A DNA stretch of 62,778 nt, filler included, from Sphacelaria rigidula (taxonomy: Eukaryota), in the NCBI GenBank assembly GCA_964200075.2. It is 9 parts of 9 records of this genome, joined end to end, with 100 filler letters (N's around TTAATTAATTAA, not from the genome) between each part and the next. Parts side by side here need not be neighbours in the genome. Positions count along the whole stretch, not along the records: positions 6,989 to 13,876 come from CAXNAA020017572.1; positions 13,977 to 20,864 come from CAXNAA020017573.1; positions 20,965 to 27,850 come from CAXNAA020017574.1; 6 more parts are not named here. The stretch is one strand, 5' to 3'. The position numbers were made by a program, and so were the translations under genes. Numbering within the stretch: the stretch's first letter is position 1; every line of letters begins with the position of its first letter. Under the pieces are notes generated by a model. That model worked only from the letters and a program-made list of their open reading frames with translations, was not told where the DNA came from and searched no databases. Of the stretch, positions 12,895-25,716 are shown in pieces.

Positions 12895-12970
12895 GTCGCT
12901 CCGAAATTTTATCCCACGCCCCAACCGTCAGAGGTTCCAAGGTTACCAACTGAGCCACGAGGGCGACCGG
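12895..12970 (-). mobile_element. tRNA-derived SINE-like repeat head
   Basis: minus strand CCGGTCGCCCTCGTGGCTCAGTTGG (A-box-like); homologous to 42336-42420. Confidence 0.55.
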
Positions 12971-13827
12971 TGCTAGCTTCTCATTTCCCTGAAAGTCGGG
13001 GATCGTGGAATTCAAAACACATGACATGATGAGAGCACCGCATGATGTACCCACGTTTAACGGTGAACATTTTCAGGGTGGATGTGTTCCCGGAGTACAT
13101 GATGAAAGGAGGTGCTGTGTAATGATCACTGGGTGTCTACATGCCTTCATTGATCGCCCACCTGTTCAAAAGAAAACGGCAGTCCCAGCAGACCAGTGAG
13201 TCTCCCGCGCTGTCTGGGATACACTGGCCAGTTCCCTCTGAATGTGCCTTACTTCACAACAGACAACAGAGTGCTGCCCGGCTGAGGAACATTGCAAAGT
13301 TGCGTTTTGTACGGTATACCGACTGAAAATTTGGTATCTACAGAAAGGTTTTCAAGAGCTATTTTATCGGTACGTACCCTTCCGAATCATACCGGATTGT
13401 CCGGAACAAGTCTCGATACCCTGCCAGAACATTCGGCACACATTTTGGTATAGTTTCGTACTAGTATGCCAAAAGTCACTCCGGGTATACACGTTTACCC
13501 TACACAAGACAAATTTTGGAAAATTAAAATTATTCGCTCTCGTATGGCTTTCTCTCGTTTGGTATGACAATGACACATGAACCTTCACATGACGGCCTAT
13601 GCAGCCCGTGAGATCCCGCACCCTGGATAATATGTGATTTACGTGTCAAACATGAGCCCATTGCAACTATTTTCGGATCATGGTTGCAGCTGGCGTTTAC
13701 TTCACCCAGTGCAATTTTTTCTGTTGCCACTATTCTTTGCGGGCTTTCCGTCCAGGATGTGAAAAAATCATGGCCAATCACTGTTCGGTTCGTGAATGTG
13801 ATCACTCGGTCGTAATAAATGTCTTGA

Positions 13828-13876
13828 CCCTTAGACCGCGAGGTTAGTCTTCTGTTGAATCGGCATCAATTTCAAG
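13828..13876 (+). mobile_element. piggyBac-type MITE, truncated by contig end
   Basis: CCCTTAGACCGCGAGGT.AGTCTTCTGTTGAATCGGCATCAATTTCAAG nearly identical to 42469-42517. Confidence 0.8.
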
Positions 13877-13976
13877 NNNNNNNNNNNNNNNNNNNNNNNN
13901 NNNNNNNNNNNNNNNNNNNNTTAATTAATTAANNNNNNNNNNNNNNNNNNNNNNNNNNNNNNNNNNNNNNNNNNNN
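13877..13976. other. artificial contig spacer
   Basis: same 100-nt N/TTAATTAATTAA/N linker. Confidence 0.98.
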
Positions 13977-16205
13977 GCAGGTGGGGGGTGAGGGGGGGGG
14001 GGGGTGGGGGGGGGGCTGGTGCGGGGGTGAGTTGTTAAATTGGGGGGGTACCTGATCCAAACGGGGAAGCTTTAGAAGTACACAAGGAGTACGGCGAAAG
14101 CTACATTTTCATACCCTGCGGTCTTACACAGTGACCGTATGGTGGCATTGCGCATCGTGCAGCACATTCTAGAGTGCAGGGACAGGACACCAGAAGAAGG
14201 GCATCACACGCACTTCACCTGAAGTCTACAGGTTTGTCAAGAAGGCTGTGGAGCTCTGTAGAACCTGTCCAAGAAAGGAGACTGCAAGGCTTTCGCATTG
14301 TGTGTGTGTTTTTGCAGGTGCGGTAGAATCTCTCTCCGACCCTGCAGGGGGGGCGAGGGGGGGCGGGGGTTAGGCCCGCGGGTTCGTAACTGATGCACTA
14401 GCTAGAGCAAGACAGCGCGGACCACCTTGTGTACTCCACACAACAACTTCCGGGCAAGGTTTCGAAAGCGTCTTGCGATGAAAGGAAATGTCGCGTTAGT
14501 TCACGGACGTCGTCCTGTGTTTGGTGTGTGCGGTGATTCTTTTTAAAGAGTTCGTTGTTGAACTACGAGTACGTGAATGCTGCAACAGCTGTTGTCTTTT
14601 TGCTGCAGTACGTTGTCAGGACTGACTGTGCTGACTGCCCTGTATGGATGCATATGTGTTCAGGGGTTATCTTGAAATATTGCATGAGCCAGGCATGAAC
14701 ATATTGTAGTGGTAAAACAGGTGACCTTCGTTGGTCATGTACTGGTCAGCTGTTTTAGATGATGACAAATGTCGCGAGTATCTGGGCTGGACGCTGCACT
14801 CTCGAACCTCATTTCTGATGACGAACTGCAGCACCCAGCGAGTATGGTCGATTGTGAAAACGGTTGAAATTCGTCGCAGGTGTCAGGAGCAACTTGTAAT
14901 CGATGTTTCGGAGCAATACATGGTGGTGTGGAACAAGAGAAGGCAGAGTTCGTCGGTGATTTGGTGTTTACCACCCCCCTGCGTAGATCAGGCTCATGAT
15001 GTTGCAAGAGACTTTTACTCTCGAAGTCCATCGCTTACTATGTCCCGAATGCAAGAAACATTACCTCAACACCATTGTTATTCTATCACAGACGGTTTGA
15101 TGATTTTATTCAAACCTCATCAGCTTGAAGTCTGATGACATGTCGGATAAACTGGGTAAAAAAATTCCATCGGTTTGACTTCCGTTTGAATTGCGCCAAG
15201 CCAGCTACGTGCTCGATACCGCTGCGCGATACCGTTGTGCTGATACCACACGGAGAAATTCCCGGTGATTAGTCGCCTATTGGAACATACCATATGCACA
15301 CAATCTACACACCATAAAAAATTCTACTCTGGAAAGAGTAGACGGGATTTATGCTTGCTGTGATATAAACAAGGCAAAGGCTGGATAGCCTCACGAATTC
15401 CGGGACGTTAAGGCGTACCTGACTTAGCTTCATTTTATAGTACAGCGTGTTCAAAGGAAGTCCACAAATGACATGATACCTACCTGAAGTGCGCCATGCA
15501 ACAGAACTGTACGAGTGCGCCAAAGTAGAGTAAGAGGCCCAGAGACCTGGGACTCGCCAGCAAGAGCCTTGTGTGTTCGTACGAACTGGACATCTGCGTG
15601 TGAAATCTACAACGAGAGGATCTGCGATGAAGTATTGAGGCGCTTGACGTGTGGTGTTTTGAATTGGTACCCGTGTGAGGATTTCCCACCGCTCTTTCTT
15701 CATACAGCACAAGTTATCTGCGGTTCGCGCCGCGAAGGGCAAAATGAAGGATGACTTTCAGGCTTCCATCACTTATGTTTACGCTATTATGTTCATTGTT
15801 ATTTCCACACATCATCTTCATCTCTTGAAACCCGCGGTCACACACGTAGGCTCGCCTCCCCAGTACCTTGCCTGCGATTCCTTACATGCTGTACTCGTGA
15901 AGTGGAATTTTAATCAGAGTTATCTAAAGACGTGTCTTTAAAAGTGTTGTACACGTAAGCACCCGCATTTTGGGTAATTGTATGCTTGATCGAGGTCGTT
16001 GACCTCGCTGTGTCTGTTTTCTTGGGGATGGCAAACAAGGTGACGTTATCGCTGGTGAAACACTAGATCCCCCCACATATCGAACGTGACTTGACCACAC
16101 CATACTTCTACCGCTTGCTTCTGCATTCCCCACTCCCCCACTCGCCACACTCAGGTCCGAACTCCCTGCCAGAAATTACTGCAACTTTCGGATTACTATC
16201 ACAGC

Positions 16206-17465
16206 ATGAACGACAGCATGGATGAGGAGTTCGAACGAGCCGGCGGTGCCGTCGGCCTCTCCGCCCGACCGGCGGGAACACCGCAACACCCACAGGCCTC
16301 ACCGAACAACCCCGTAGCTGCCCCCCCGTTTTCGCTGCAGGCACCTTTTGCGGCGTGGGCTCGCAAGCGCGGGCGCGAGGCAATCGGTATGCACGGGCAT
16401 GCGGGGGCAGCGAATTTTACCACGCAAGAGGGTGCCCATTCCCGTCACAGTGGAGCCGCCGCTGTTGGTCACACCCGCGGGCGGGAATCGCCCGACTCAG
16501 ACATGTCCGGTGGTAGTGGGTCGTCATCGTCTGATTTTTCCATAAATCGGGGTATCAAACGTATGCGATTAGACGAACAAAAGCAGCAGCAACGACAGCA
16601 GCAGCAGCAGCATTTGCAACAGCCTATCGCGTCTGCATTCGGACCTTATTCCTCCCCCGCAAACAGCACCGGAGGCAGGCGACCGTCCTCCCAGGGATGG
16701 GTTTCCGGCGCCGGTAGGGCAGCAGGTATCGGTAACGAGCGACACGGTAGTGGGCATCGCAGACAGGACGGGAGGCTGCTGGGTGGCGATGATGGCTTGG
16801 GCCTGGGAAGATTGCCGTTCGCGATCAACAACTCTGCGGGGAGCATAATCCCAGACCATGAACAAAGCCGCCACGGCGGTGTCGGTGGCAGCGATATCTT
16901 GACACCAGTCTCTGCCACCGCCGCCACGCGAGTCCCCCCTCCAGTCGCCAACATTCACTCGCCGCTGCAATCTTTGGACCGCTCTTTGTCTGGCGGCCGA
17001 GTATTCCGTCCGTCTGACCCCGCCCTCGTGTCGCGCAGCAATTCTCTGGGCATGCTGAACAACCTGCAGCAACCGGGTGACGCCGGCCGAGACGGGGGTG
17101 AGGCCCGTACGACAGGGGCGGGCGGACCTCCCCCGTTCCCCGTGCGTTCCGCATCGTTTGATACCTCCGCGGTCGTCGTTCCCGCGTTCTCGCCCTTCGC
17201 CCCGCAACCCCCGGCGCAAGCCCGATACGTCCGGGGTATAAGAGTCGAAGCTAACGCACCCGCGGATGTAGACTACTCCAACGTGAACCACGCGCTGAGA
17301 CAGTTACACATGGAGCGGCGTCTAGCTGCTGAGAGATTGGCGTCGGCGCCGGTAGGAAGGGAGCAAGCAGCGAGTGTCGGGGTTGGCAGGTCACAGACCG
17401 GGGCGGTGAGAGGCGGAGCGATGGTTGAGGGTCATGCGGGATGGCCGGGCATGAGGCAGCTGTGA
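16206..17465 (+). CDS. 419-aa intronless, largely disordered protein with C-terminal YxxVNxxLRxxH helix (FAM104/VCF-like motif)
   Basis: long GC-rich ATG-to-TGA ORF; basic NLS-like RKRGRE and IKRMRL, Ser-rich and poly-Q tracts, helix DYSNVNHALRQLHMERR. Confidence 0.8.
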   Translation: MNDSMDEEFERAGGAVGLSARPAGTPQHPQASPNNPVAAPPFSLQAPFAAWARKRGREAIGMHGHAGAANFTTQEGAHSRHSGAAAVGHTRGRESPDSDMSGGSGSSSSDFSINRGIKRMRLDEQKQQQRQQQQQHLQQPIASAFGPYSSPANSTGGRRPSSQGWVSGAGRAAGIGNERHGSGHRRQDGRLLGGDDGLGLGRLPFAINNSAGSIIPDHEQSRHGGVGGSDILTPVSATAATRVPPPVANIHSPLQSLDRSLSGGRVFRPSDPALVSRSNSLGMLNNLQQPGDAGRDGGEARTTGAGGPPPFPVRSASFDTSAVVVPAFSPFAPQPPAQARYVRGIRVEANAPADVDYSNVNHALRQLHMERRLAAERLASAPVGREQAASVGVGRSQTGAVRGGAMVEGHAGWPGMRQL

Positions 17466-20400
17466 CAGCAAAATGACCTCGCCGTGTGGAGATGAGTTGT
17501 GGTTAAGCTGGGGTCGGAGGTCGAGGGAGCCCGCGAAGGGGAAGGGAGAAAGGGGTGAAATGTTGCGAATTCTCAGGTATGGTAATTGAAAAAAAGCCGG
17601 GGATGTCATATATAGCAGTAGCTTTGGGTGAGATGCTCATGGGTCGCGGACTTTGCAGCGTTTGTAAGCGGCTGGACGAGCGTCGTGGAGACACGTGGGT
17701 CTAGAATGGGATTTGAGGAGTTGGGGGAGTAAACCACATTTCTGTGAGTGTAGCATGTATATGTACTGTACTGTACAACCCGTGGAGTCCTCCCAGCGGT
17801 CGTGTTTTTGTGCGTGCATGTGTACCAAAGATTGTGCTGTTGGTGACGACAAACGAAGACAACACAGGGGGAAATCGTTGAATAACGGACAGATAAACTT
17901 GTATGCTATGATGGCATCTTTTCTGTACAACTTGGAACCGGTGTGGGTGGGCACGTGCGGCGTGAAGGGTGTAATTCAAGCAGGTGCCGTCTGTTTGTCC
18001 CAGGTGAACCTCCCAAAGTCTGCTGCTAGGCTGTTCGTATTCCAAACCAGTCCGCGGTAGGGAGTGCTGGCTAGCTCATGGTATCTCACCTGTACCCCAG
18101 GCGAATAGCCGGATTTTCCGATAGGTTGTGTGGACGGGAGGCTTGTAGATATATTTGCTGTTCAATCGTGGCCTCAAGGCCCGTGGCCTCAACCCCTGTG
18201 TTGTTTATTATTCCCCGTTCATGTTTTGCGTTTGTTTGTGCGTCTGCCTCTGGCCATATGCCCAGCTTGGCGAACTGTTTGTCCTGTACTCGTAAAAATA
18301 GCAACAAGAACAGGTGCATGCTGCAGCCTGTTCCTTACCTCAATTACGCGTAATTACAGCATCTCGCCCCGCCAAAGATCACGTGTACTGTCGCAGAGTA
18401 GATACCTTCCGCAATGCCTTTTGCAGTAATGGAGGACATCACCCTCGGTGGTCATTTTATTTGGTCTCGATATGATAAGCTGCGGCGACCGTGCCGCCCA
18501 AAGAGATGCGGACGGGCAGATACTGTAGATTTTCGGGTGGGTGCGGTCCATGCTTGACAAGAAAATCAAGGGAGTGACCGCTGTTGCACAGGGGAGTGTG
18601 ATACTCCGTCATCTGTGGTGATGCGCTGTTTGTCGAGGTGGGGCTGAATGCTGAAGGTGGTCCGCTAAAGACGGGCATGTTTGCTCCTCTAGGCGCAACG
18701 TGGTTTCGTTGTTGGGGTGCAGTCCGTATTATCGGGGTTTTGTCTGGTCACGTGCGCAAGTAAACATCGTTTGCTGGATACAATACGGTCATGCGTGAGG
18801 CAGTACTCTTTGTCTGCATCCAACGGGCACCACGCGCTGCAATCGGGTAGTCTCACCGATCTATGCTTCTTGACTATGATCGTCGACGATTTGGACGATA
18901 GCGAAAGCTTAGCGGTTGTGCTTTCCGTTTATGGCATACGTGAGTGGGTGTTGCGAGTAGACAGTTGTACAGCATAACGGGCGAAGGGCTACTGACGTCC
19001 TGATGATATATTTGACAGGATAAACTTCGGTGGTGCGGTGACGTCATTATTCTATGGTCTTTTGTGTTCGACTTTCTCGCTATGGATGCCGCCACCCATA
19101 CGTTACCCAGCCCTGTCTGTCCTGTGCGTGTCGTTGGTATCGCCGCAACCATGTTACAAGAGAGTGCGTGATGAACCACCTTCGTCACGCTGCGAAAAAC
19201 GAATGCGAGATCACCCGGAATTGGCGCAAGGTCGGAGTCCAGGCCAATCACCGGTTCCTGACTTGAGACGCAGCGGCCGTGGTCCGGGGGCGGTTTCCGG
19301 TTGTTGGGTGTTTTTTGTGTTGCGAAGCGGTCGGATCATTTTTTCGAAAATCGCGTTCGATGGAAGGCCACGTTGCTGTGTACTCTGTACTCTGTACTTT
19401 GTACCTTGTAATTTTGGTATGTCAGATTAATTATGTGTGATGGACAAGGGATGTGATGATGCGAGGTCATCCCCGTGTACGGCACTGATAGGGTGTATAC
19501 TAGGGTGCAGATATTGCAGCGATCGCGCCCGTGCTGGAGGCGCCGTGTGGACGCTCGTGTCTATCGCGGGCTCCAATTGTTTGATGCGCAAAATTTTCGT
19601 TCATAATAACGTATTTTTTGTCTGTTGTTTTTTTCCATGAAGCAACTGTCTACGGCCGTTGGGGAACGGCCACAATCCGGTTAAACAAGTATTGCATGAC
19701 GATTTGAATAACGTCATCTGTTTTGTCGCATGGCAAATGAGTTCGGCGAGGCGGCAACCAATTTTTGAACGCACGGGCCCATGTGCTGTCTTTTTTGGCC
19801 GGCGACCGTTTCGTGGCCCGGTGACTGTAGTCAGTATTTTAGTCCATGTACAGCATGTGTGCTAACTCGAAAAGAAGTGACGTGACCGTAATCCACCGAT
19901 GCTCCTGGAGTGAAGATCGGTGAAATGCATCGTCTCAACGTTATCGCTCGACAATCCCAACGCATGCATCATCCGTGTACAAAACGAGTCGGGTCAGCCT
20001 GAAAATGACTTTGCGCGTTGCAGGCGATTGAGAAGCTCGGCTTTGAGACTAGTGAGAATTGCTAGGGCTGTGAACTTGCTGTTGTGGCCAGTGGAGTTTA
20101 AACTGGCCAAAATCTACACTGTACTATGCTGTACTGCCTGCACTACTAGTTATACGGCGCCCACCTTTCCATACCGTACTGCGTCCCAAGCGTCATGTCT
20201 GCCGTGCATGGTGGTGCTAGTTTGTCATTCTGTTATCCTGTTTAGTGTTGCGTGGTTCCACTTTCGATTTGTTCGGGTGAAGACGGGGGAGGGGGTTATC
20301 GCCTTGTGGGATGAAATTGGTAGACATTGAGCTCGATCCCATCAGCTCACAATTGACATCCACGCGAGTGCGCGAACAATTCAGCGACCGCATAAACTGT

Positions 20401-20864
20401 ACGCCCATAGAGGTGGGAAGGGACACACGAACCGCACGACCGACGGGAATCCCCACGGGTTGTGGCCCCGCAGATCAACCCAGACACAAGTATGATACAG
20501 CGTGACGAGCAACCCACGACCATCTTCGGTATGCCGCACAGCGCTCATGACGTCGTGTATCATTCAGTCGAAGGTTCACTTCCCTGTTCTAGGGATGGCT
20601 TTCTGAAGTGAAAGTCTGTAAGTATTTATTTCCCACTTTGTGAACACCCCGTAGTATGTAGTCTATGAGTAAACGAATGATGAGGCAGTGAAACCAGACA
20701 AGAGTACTCGTACCAAGGTGCACCGTACACGTTTTGACAATGTTGTCCATTGTCACTTGTCTGAGGTATGTATTTGAAATCAGGTATTTTTCCCGTGGGG
20801 GGGGGAAGGCGTACTCCTTTGTTGCTTGCCTTAGTCGTGTGACCATTGACCACGCATCCCTTTC

Positions 20865-20964
20865 NNNNNNNNNNNNNNNNNNNNNNNNNNNNNNNNNNNN
20901 NNNNNNNNTTAATTAATTAANNNNNNNNNNNNNNNNNNNNNNNNNNNNNNNNNNNNNNNNNNNN
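20865..20964. other. artificial contig spacer
   Basis: same 100-nt linker. Confidence 0.98.
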
Positions 20965-23198
20965 AGTTTGCTGTTTTTCGTGTGTGTGTACTCCTCGTGT
21001 TGCCCTGGGGGATTCGGGAGGGGTGGGGGGGGGGGGGGGGGGGGGTTCATAGGGTCTCGGAGTTTGTTTTTGGGTACTCCTGTGTCATTTAAGACCTTTA
21101 GCTCCTCAATGTGAGGGGTCCCATCTTCTACAACTTTCCCCATTCTCGAAGGGAAAACAAACTAAATAATGCAATTTCATGCCTCCGGCGGCGCGCCCGC
21201 GGGGCTCGCCGCCGATTGTTTTCCACTTAATATACGAAGCCGATTAAGTGGGAAACAATCGATGTACTGGCCGCTGACGCAGCCAGTTTGAACTTAACTG
21301 GCCAGAGTAGCCACTTCACAGCCCTAGCCATTCCTCAATATCTCAGGGCACAGCAGCTAGAAACCACCCCGACCAATGCACGACAAGAGTCCCAACCGCC
21401 CCGAGATTTTATGAAGATGGGAGCGCCCCAGCATCCTACGGGTATTATTCTAGTTGCACCAGTGAAGGCCGGTGCGGCTTGTCAAGCAGCCCGGTTGACG
21501 GCAGCAAAAACAGAGAGAGCGCCTGGAATCCAAGCCACTGACTACCGTATGAATTTCTTAGTGCAACATTTTTGATAACAATAATACTGATTTCTTGTGG
21601 CGCACTCAACTAGTTGCGCCCTACCATGTAAGAAAGGTTCAGGCGATGGAAGCCGCGGTCGCACGGCACCATCAAAATGGTGCGTGGAACATACCCCCAT
21701 CTCAGATATCGACGTACTGTACTTCTGACTAATTTTCGGCGGGAAACATCAGTTTCAAATTTTCTCACGGGCCGGTGAAAGGGGAAGGGGGTGGGATCCG
21801 AATACTTTCAGTCATTGAGGCGACCCTAGGTCAATCGTACCTGACGTATTATTGTAGGCAAGTTCCCGCTCAACGTCCAATATCCTCAGAAACGGCGGCA
21901 GGGACTCTTCCATCTTCCTTCGCCAGACCTGGAGTGTAGACCTAGCAAAAGCACGAAATAGGTACTTGAATACACCGACTGAGCATCGAAGACTGGACCT
22001 GTACGGGTAATGCGCAGAATCTGACTCTCGGATGCAAAAATGTAGTTCCAAGCAGTGTTGGAGTGATGCCGCGATTGCACCCCTCCAAACCAGCCCCAAA
22101 ACCGTCACGAAGATTTTGTCGTACTGCGTATGATAGTCGGTTTTAGATTGCGTGAAGCACCCCATAGGAGTTCCGAGCTGCTCGACTTGTTCGCTTTCTG
22201 TCACTCTGATTTGCACATCAATGTTGACTTCTTAAACCAGCCAATTTTCTGGGGGGCAGGGCGTACTCATTTGTTGCTTGCCTTAGTCGTTGGACCACTG
22301 ACCACGCTACTCGTCTGAAGGGGGGGGTGTATCGGGACACAACTCGTTGGATATCAAAGTACGTATCACTTCGATGCTATATCGAACTCTCAGTGTTCGA
22401 TATGGCCAAAATGTCATGACATTCCAGTGAAGACGAAGTACAAGCCCCCCCCCCCCCCCCCCCCCCCCCCCGCCACACGAAACAAAAACACGGCGACAGA
22501 AAACAAGAAGAGAACCAACAGGAATACGAAAGAGGGAGTGGNNNNNNNNNNTTTAAATCTAGTAAAGTAGAAAACCGCCCCCCCCCCCCCCCCCCCCCCA
22601 ACTGGCAAAAGGAATGGTCATACTACGTAGTGATTAAATGGTGAGACACTCGTGAAGCAGTGTGTAAGCCGTGGTCGTTTCTGGAAGTGGCGATAGCAGA
22701 AAATGGAGCAATTCATTGGAGGCTGCCATCTAAATGTAAGGTAGAGCTATATTGTATTTGATTTTCACAAGTACGTATCAGAGGGCAGGTACGTGGATCG
22801 TCTGCTACCACACACACATCATGAAGGGGGGGTGTAGCGTTGGGTGGGGGCGATGGTGGTCTATTAACCCCCCCACCCACCCCCCACCCCCGTTGAGAGG
22901 TCGAAAATAAGAAAGTGGGTGCGTAGGTGTGTGGGAGGTTTTTTCGTGCACCCTTATAATAGATTTATTGCGCGCAACAAAAAACAACGAAATCAGCAGA
23001 AGATTCGGGAAAAGAAATCAATCAGAACTGCTTGAAACGTTTCCAGTAGAGTCAGGCAAAACAGGAACAAACAGACACGCTGCGGTGTTTACTTCCATTT
23101 TGAGCAGGTCACCACGATAGGTCAATATAGGGGACCCGATGGCACCCCGGGGGGCTTTGCACTGAAATAGACACATATGCGATTATTGTGCATATAAT

Positions 23199-23790
23199 AA
23201 CAGCCGATACTCAAAAATGGGGCCCAGCACTAAATTGGCGTTCAACTCGTCTTCGAAAAATCGACAATCTATGCCAAACAGTATGCCACGGGGAAGCATT
23301 TTCGCAATCGGAACTTATGTTGCAGTTACGCCGGTGTGGTTAGGTGCACCAAATGAATGCGGTCCACACGCGTGTCGGTGACGATATCACCAGAGGAGCA
23401 ACGGCGGACAGGAAGCTCCTCGCCGGTGTCCTTTCTGTGTCCTCGTTCGGCGATCCCCAATCGCTACAGAGATTGGCATCATGTTATAGTACCAGCACAT
23501 ACCCAGGTTGCCATGTGTAGACAGGTGGGCTATTGTATGACAGTCCCGAAAACTTAATCGCGGGATGCCCCGGTTGTCGTCTCCTGTCTGTGGCGCTGAC
23601 CAATGCAAAGATCGATTCCTCTCTGAATCTCTGCTTGGGCAGGAAATGCCTCTGTGCGCAGTAGAACACGCCGTCGAAAAGTAGGGTGATGCTCGAGTCA
23701 CCGCTACTGTTCGCACACACACACACATGCGAGCAAGGACGGTTGCGCCCTTGCGGCAAGATCTAATAATCGGAAGCTGGGGGGTGTTAT
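23199..23790 (+). mobile_element. copy of about 1.2-kb non-coding dispersed element (also 42573-43620 +, 46128-47316 -, 48296-48740 +, 45495-45728 +)
   Basis: shared start ACAGCCGAT.CTCAAAAATGGGG and core GGAAGCTCCTCGCCGGTGTCCT...GTTCGGCGAT..CCAATCGCT..AGAGA.TGGCATC. Confidence 0.8.
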
Positions 23791-23800
23791 TGTAGTAATG

Positions 23801-24215
23801 CGTTAACTCACAACAAACAACCTTTTCGTGAGATTGAGAGTAGAGGACACTATTGAGAGTGAAAAGCGCGCAAATAGTGAATGAATAGGTTCAGTGCCGA
23901 AATGTCCCTCCACGAGGCCCCAATATCCTTTCTGTAGTAGCTTGCCACTGAGGCCCTTGATATCCCTGGGTACGATATCGACGTGTAGCTGCAAGTACAC
24001 GCTAGTGATGGAGGCAAAGAAAAGCACACACTGAATGAAAAATTGGCAAAGTTACAGCGAATGATCATGACAGAGCCACTCTCGATCAGCGCTCTACTCT
24101 CAAGATGGAGCAAAGAAAAGCACACACGGAACGAAAAAATTGCCAAGTTACAGCGAATGATCAAAGCCACTCTGAATCAGCGCTCTACTCTCAATCTCAC
24201 GAAAATGTTGGTAAC
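23801..24215. mobile_element. MITE with about 25-bp TIRs and an internal about 90-bp duplication
   Basis: TTTTCGTGAGATTGAGAGTAGAG ... CTCTACTCTCAATCTCACGAAAA; second copy in opposite orientation at 62288-62620. Confidence 0.75.
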
Positions 24216-25288
24216 AGTAGACTGTTCAAAACACACACTAGACGCGACTACAACACATGATGAGAGGGGGCGGGTGTGCGTGTGTTTGTGCTGCAGTACA
24301 GTAAAACGTGGTGGGCAAAGAACGTGTGTTCGACTCGATATTTTCTGCGGCACACGCCGCTGACTCTGACGAAAGCCGTTCGAAATCAAAACCGCGCCCG
24401 ATTCTGAACGGGTTGTGCAAAACCAACTTTTTAACAGGCTGGTTCACGCTCATCACCCAAAATTGTGTCATCAGCAAATGCCTTTCGACGTACCCCATAG
24501 TCGCATACGTGATATCATACTGACCGCCATGGACAGGTGAAGAGCGTGGCATAACCGGATTTGTGTGTAAGGCCATAGTGGTAGCGCTAAGGGTGAAAAG
24601 GTGTATCGACCAGTCAGAGCTCGTCAAATTGTTCCGAGATCAAAATGACGAGATCTAAGCCCAGTTTTTCACCCAATAATCTTCACATGATTCAAATCGT
24701 AGTAACCGTCATTGGCTCGGGAATCTAACGACAAAAAAATATTTGAAAACGGTTTTTACGGGGGTCGAATTATGCCTGGAACCGTGATGTATCGGTGATG
24801 TCGGGTGTTGGCGTCGTCTAATTTCCACTGATGATACGCACGAACGACCCAGGGAGCCTCGCGACGGTGTCCCCTATATCTTTTGTGGAAAAGCTCAGAT
24901 CGCCCTCACATTTGGCAATTCTGTGAGTATCAATACTCCAAATATAAAAAATGCATTCTTGACAACATTTCATGGTGTTTCTGTTCTCTACCGGCTTCCG
25001 GGGATCCCAGTATGAAGACTCCCGGAAGGCGCTACAGAATGCCCCAAAAGAAAAGTAATAAAATCATTAGTCCTGGGATAGTCCAAGGAACACATGGACA
25101 AAGTTTGGAGGAGAAACTCGAAAACCTCATACAATTTCCCTCGCCTTGACGTTAAATTCACCCCAAAAGACTTTTATACACTAAAACCAAGTAGTCAGGA
25201 GTTGCACATTTAAAGCCCACGTCCTCCACAAACGCGCAAACCTTCAGGCCGTTATTAGGAGTTAGGCCGGATGTTACGGCACACTGGC

Positions 25289-25716
25289 TTTTGGCCCATG
25301 GTGTGTTCACTTTTGGGACGTTTGGGCCACTTTTTGACCCCCAAACAGGGAAAATCGCCAACACACGTCTTGGACACTTTGCATCACCCCACAGAGAGGA
25401 CCTAGTCCACTTTTCAGGTTCGCTTGGCTCCAAGGTTTCGAGAGCGGCCGCTGAACTATGATCCGTGTGCAACAAAATCTACGGCAGTCAGATTATTGGG
25501 CAAACTGGCGGGGGTCGGCAAGCACAGGTTATTGCACACGAATTATTGTTCAGCGGCCAATCTCGAAACCTCGGAGCCAAGCGAATCTGAATAGTAGGCT
25601 AGGCTCCTTTCTGTGGGGTGATGCAAAGTGTTCGAGACGTGTGTTGGCGGTTTTCCCTGTTAGGGAGTCAAAAAGTGGCTCAAACGTCCCAAAAGTGAAC
25701 AATCCACGGGCCAAAA
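25289..25716. repeat. long inverted repeat (about 155-bp arms, about 115-bp loop)
   Basis: TTTTGGCCC.TGG...TTTGCATCACCCCACAGA...TTCGCTTGGCTCC.AGGTTTCGAGA mirrored at 25561-25716. Confidence 0.85.

Noticed and set aside
16569-17291. 240-aa antisense ORF
   Set aside because: Shadow of the GC-rich 419-aa ORF on the + strand
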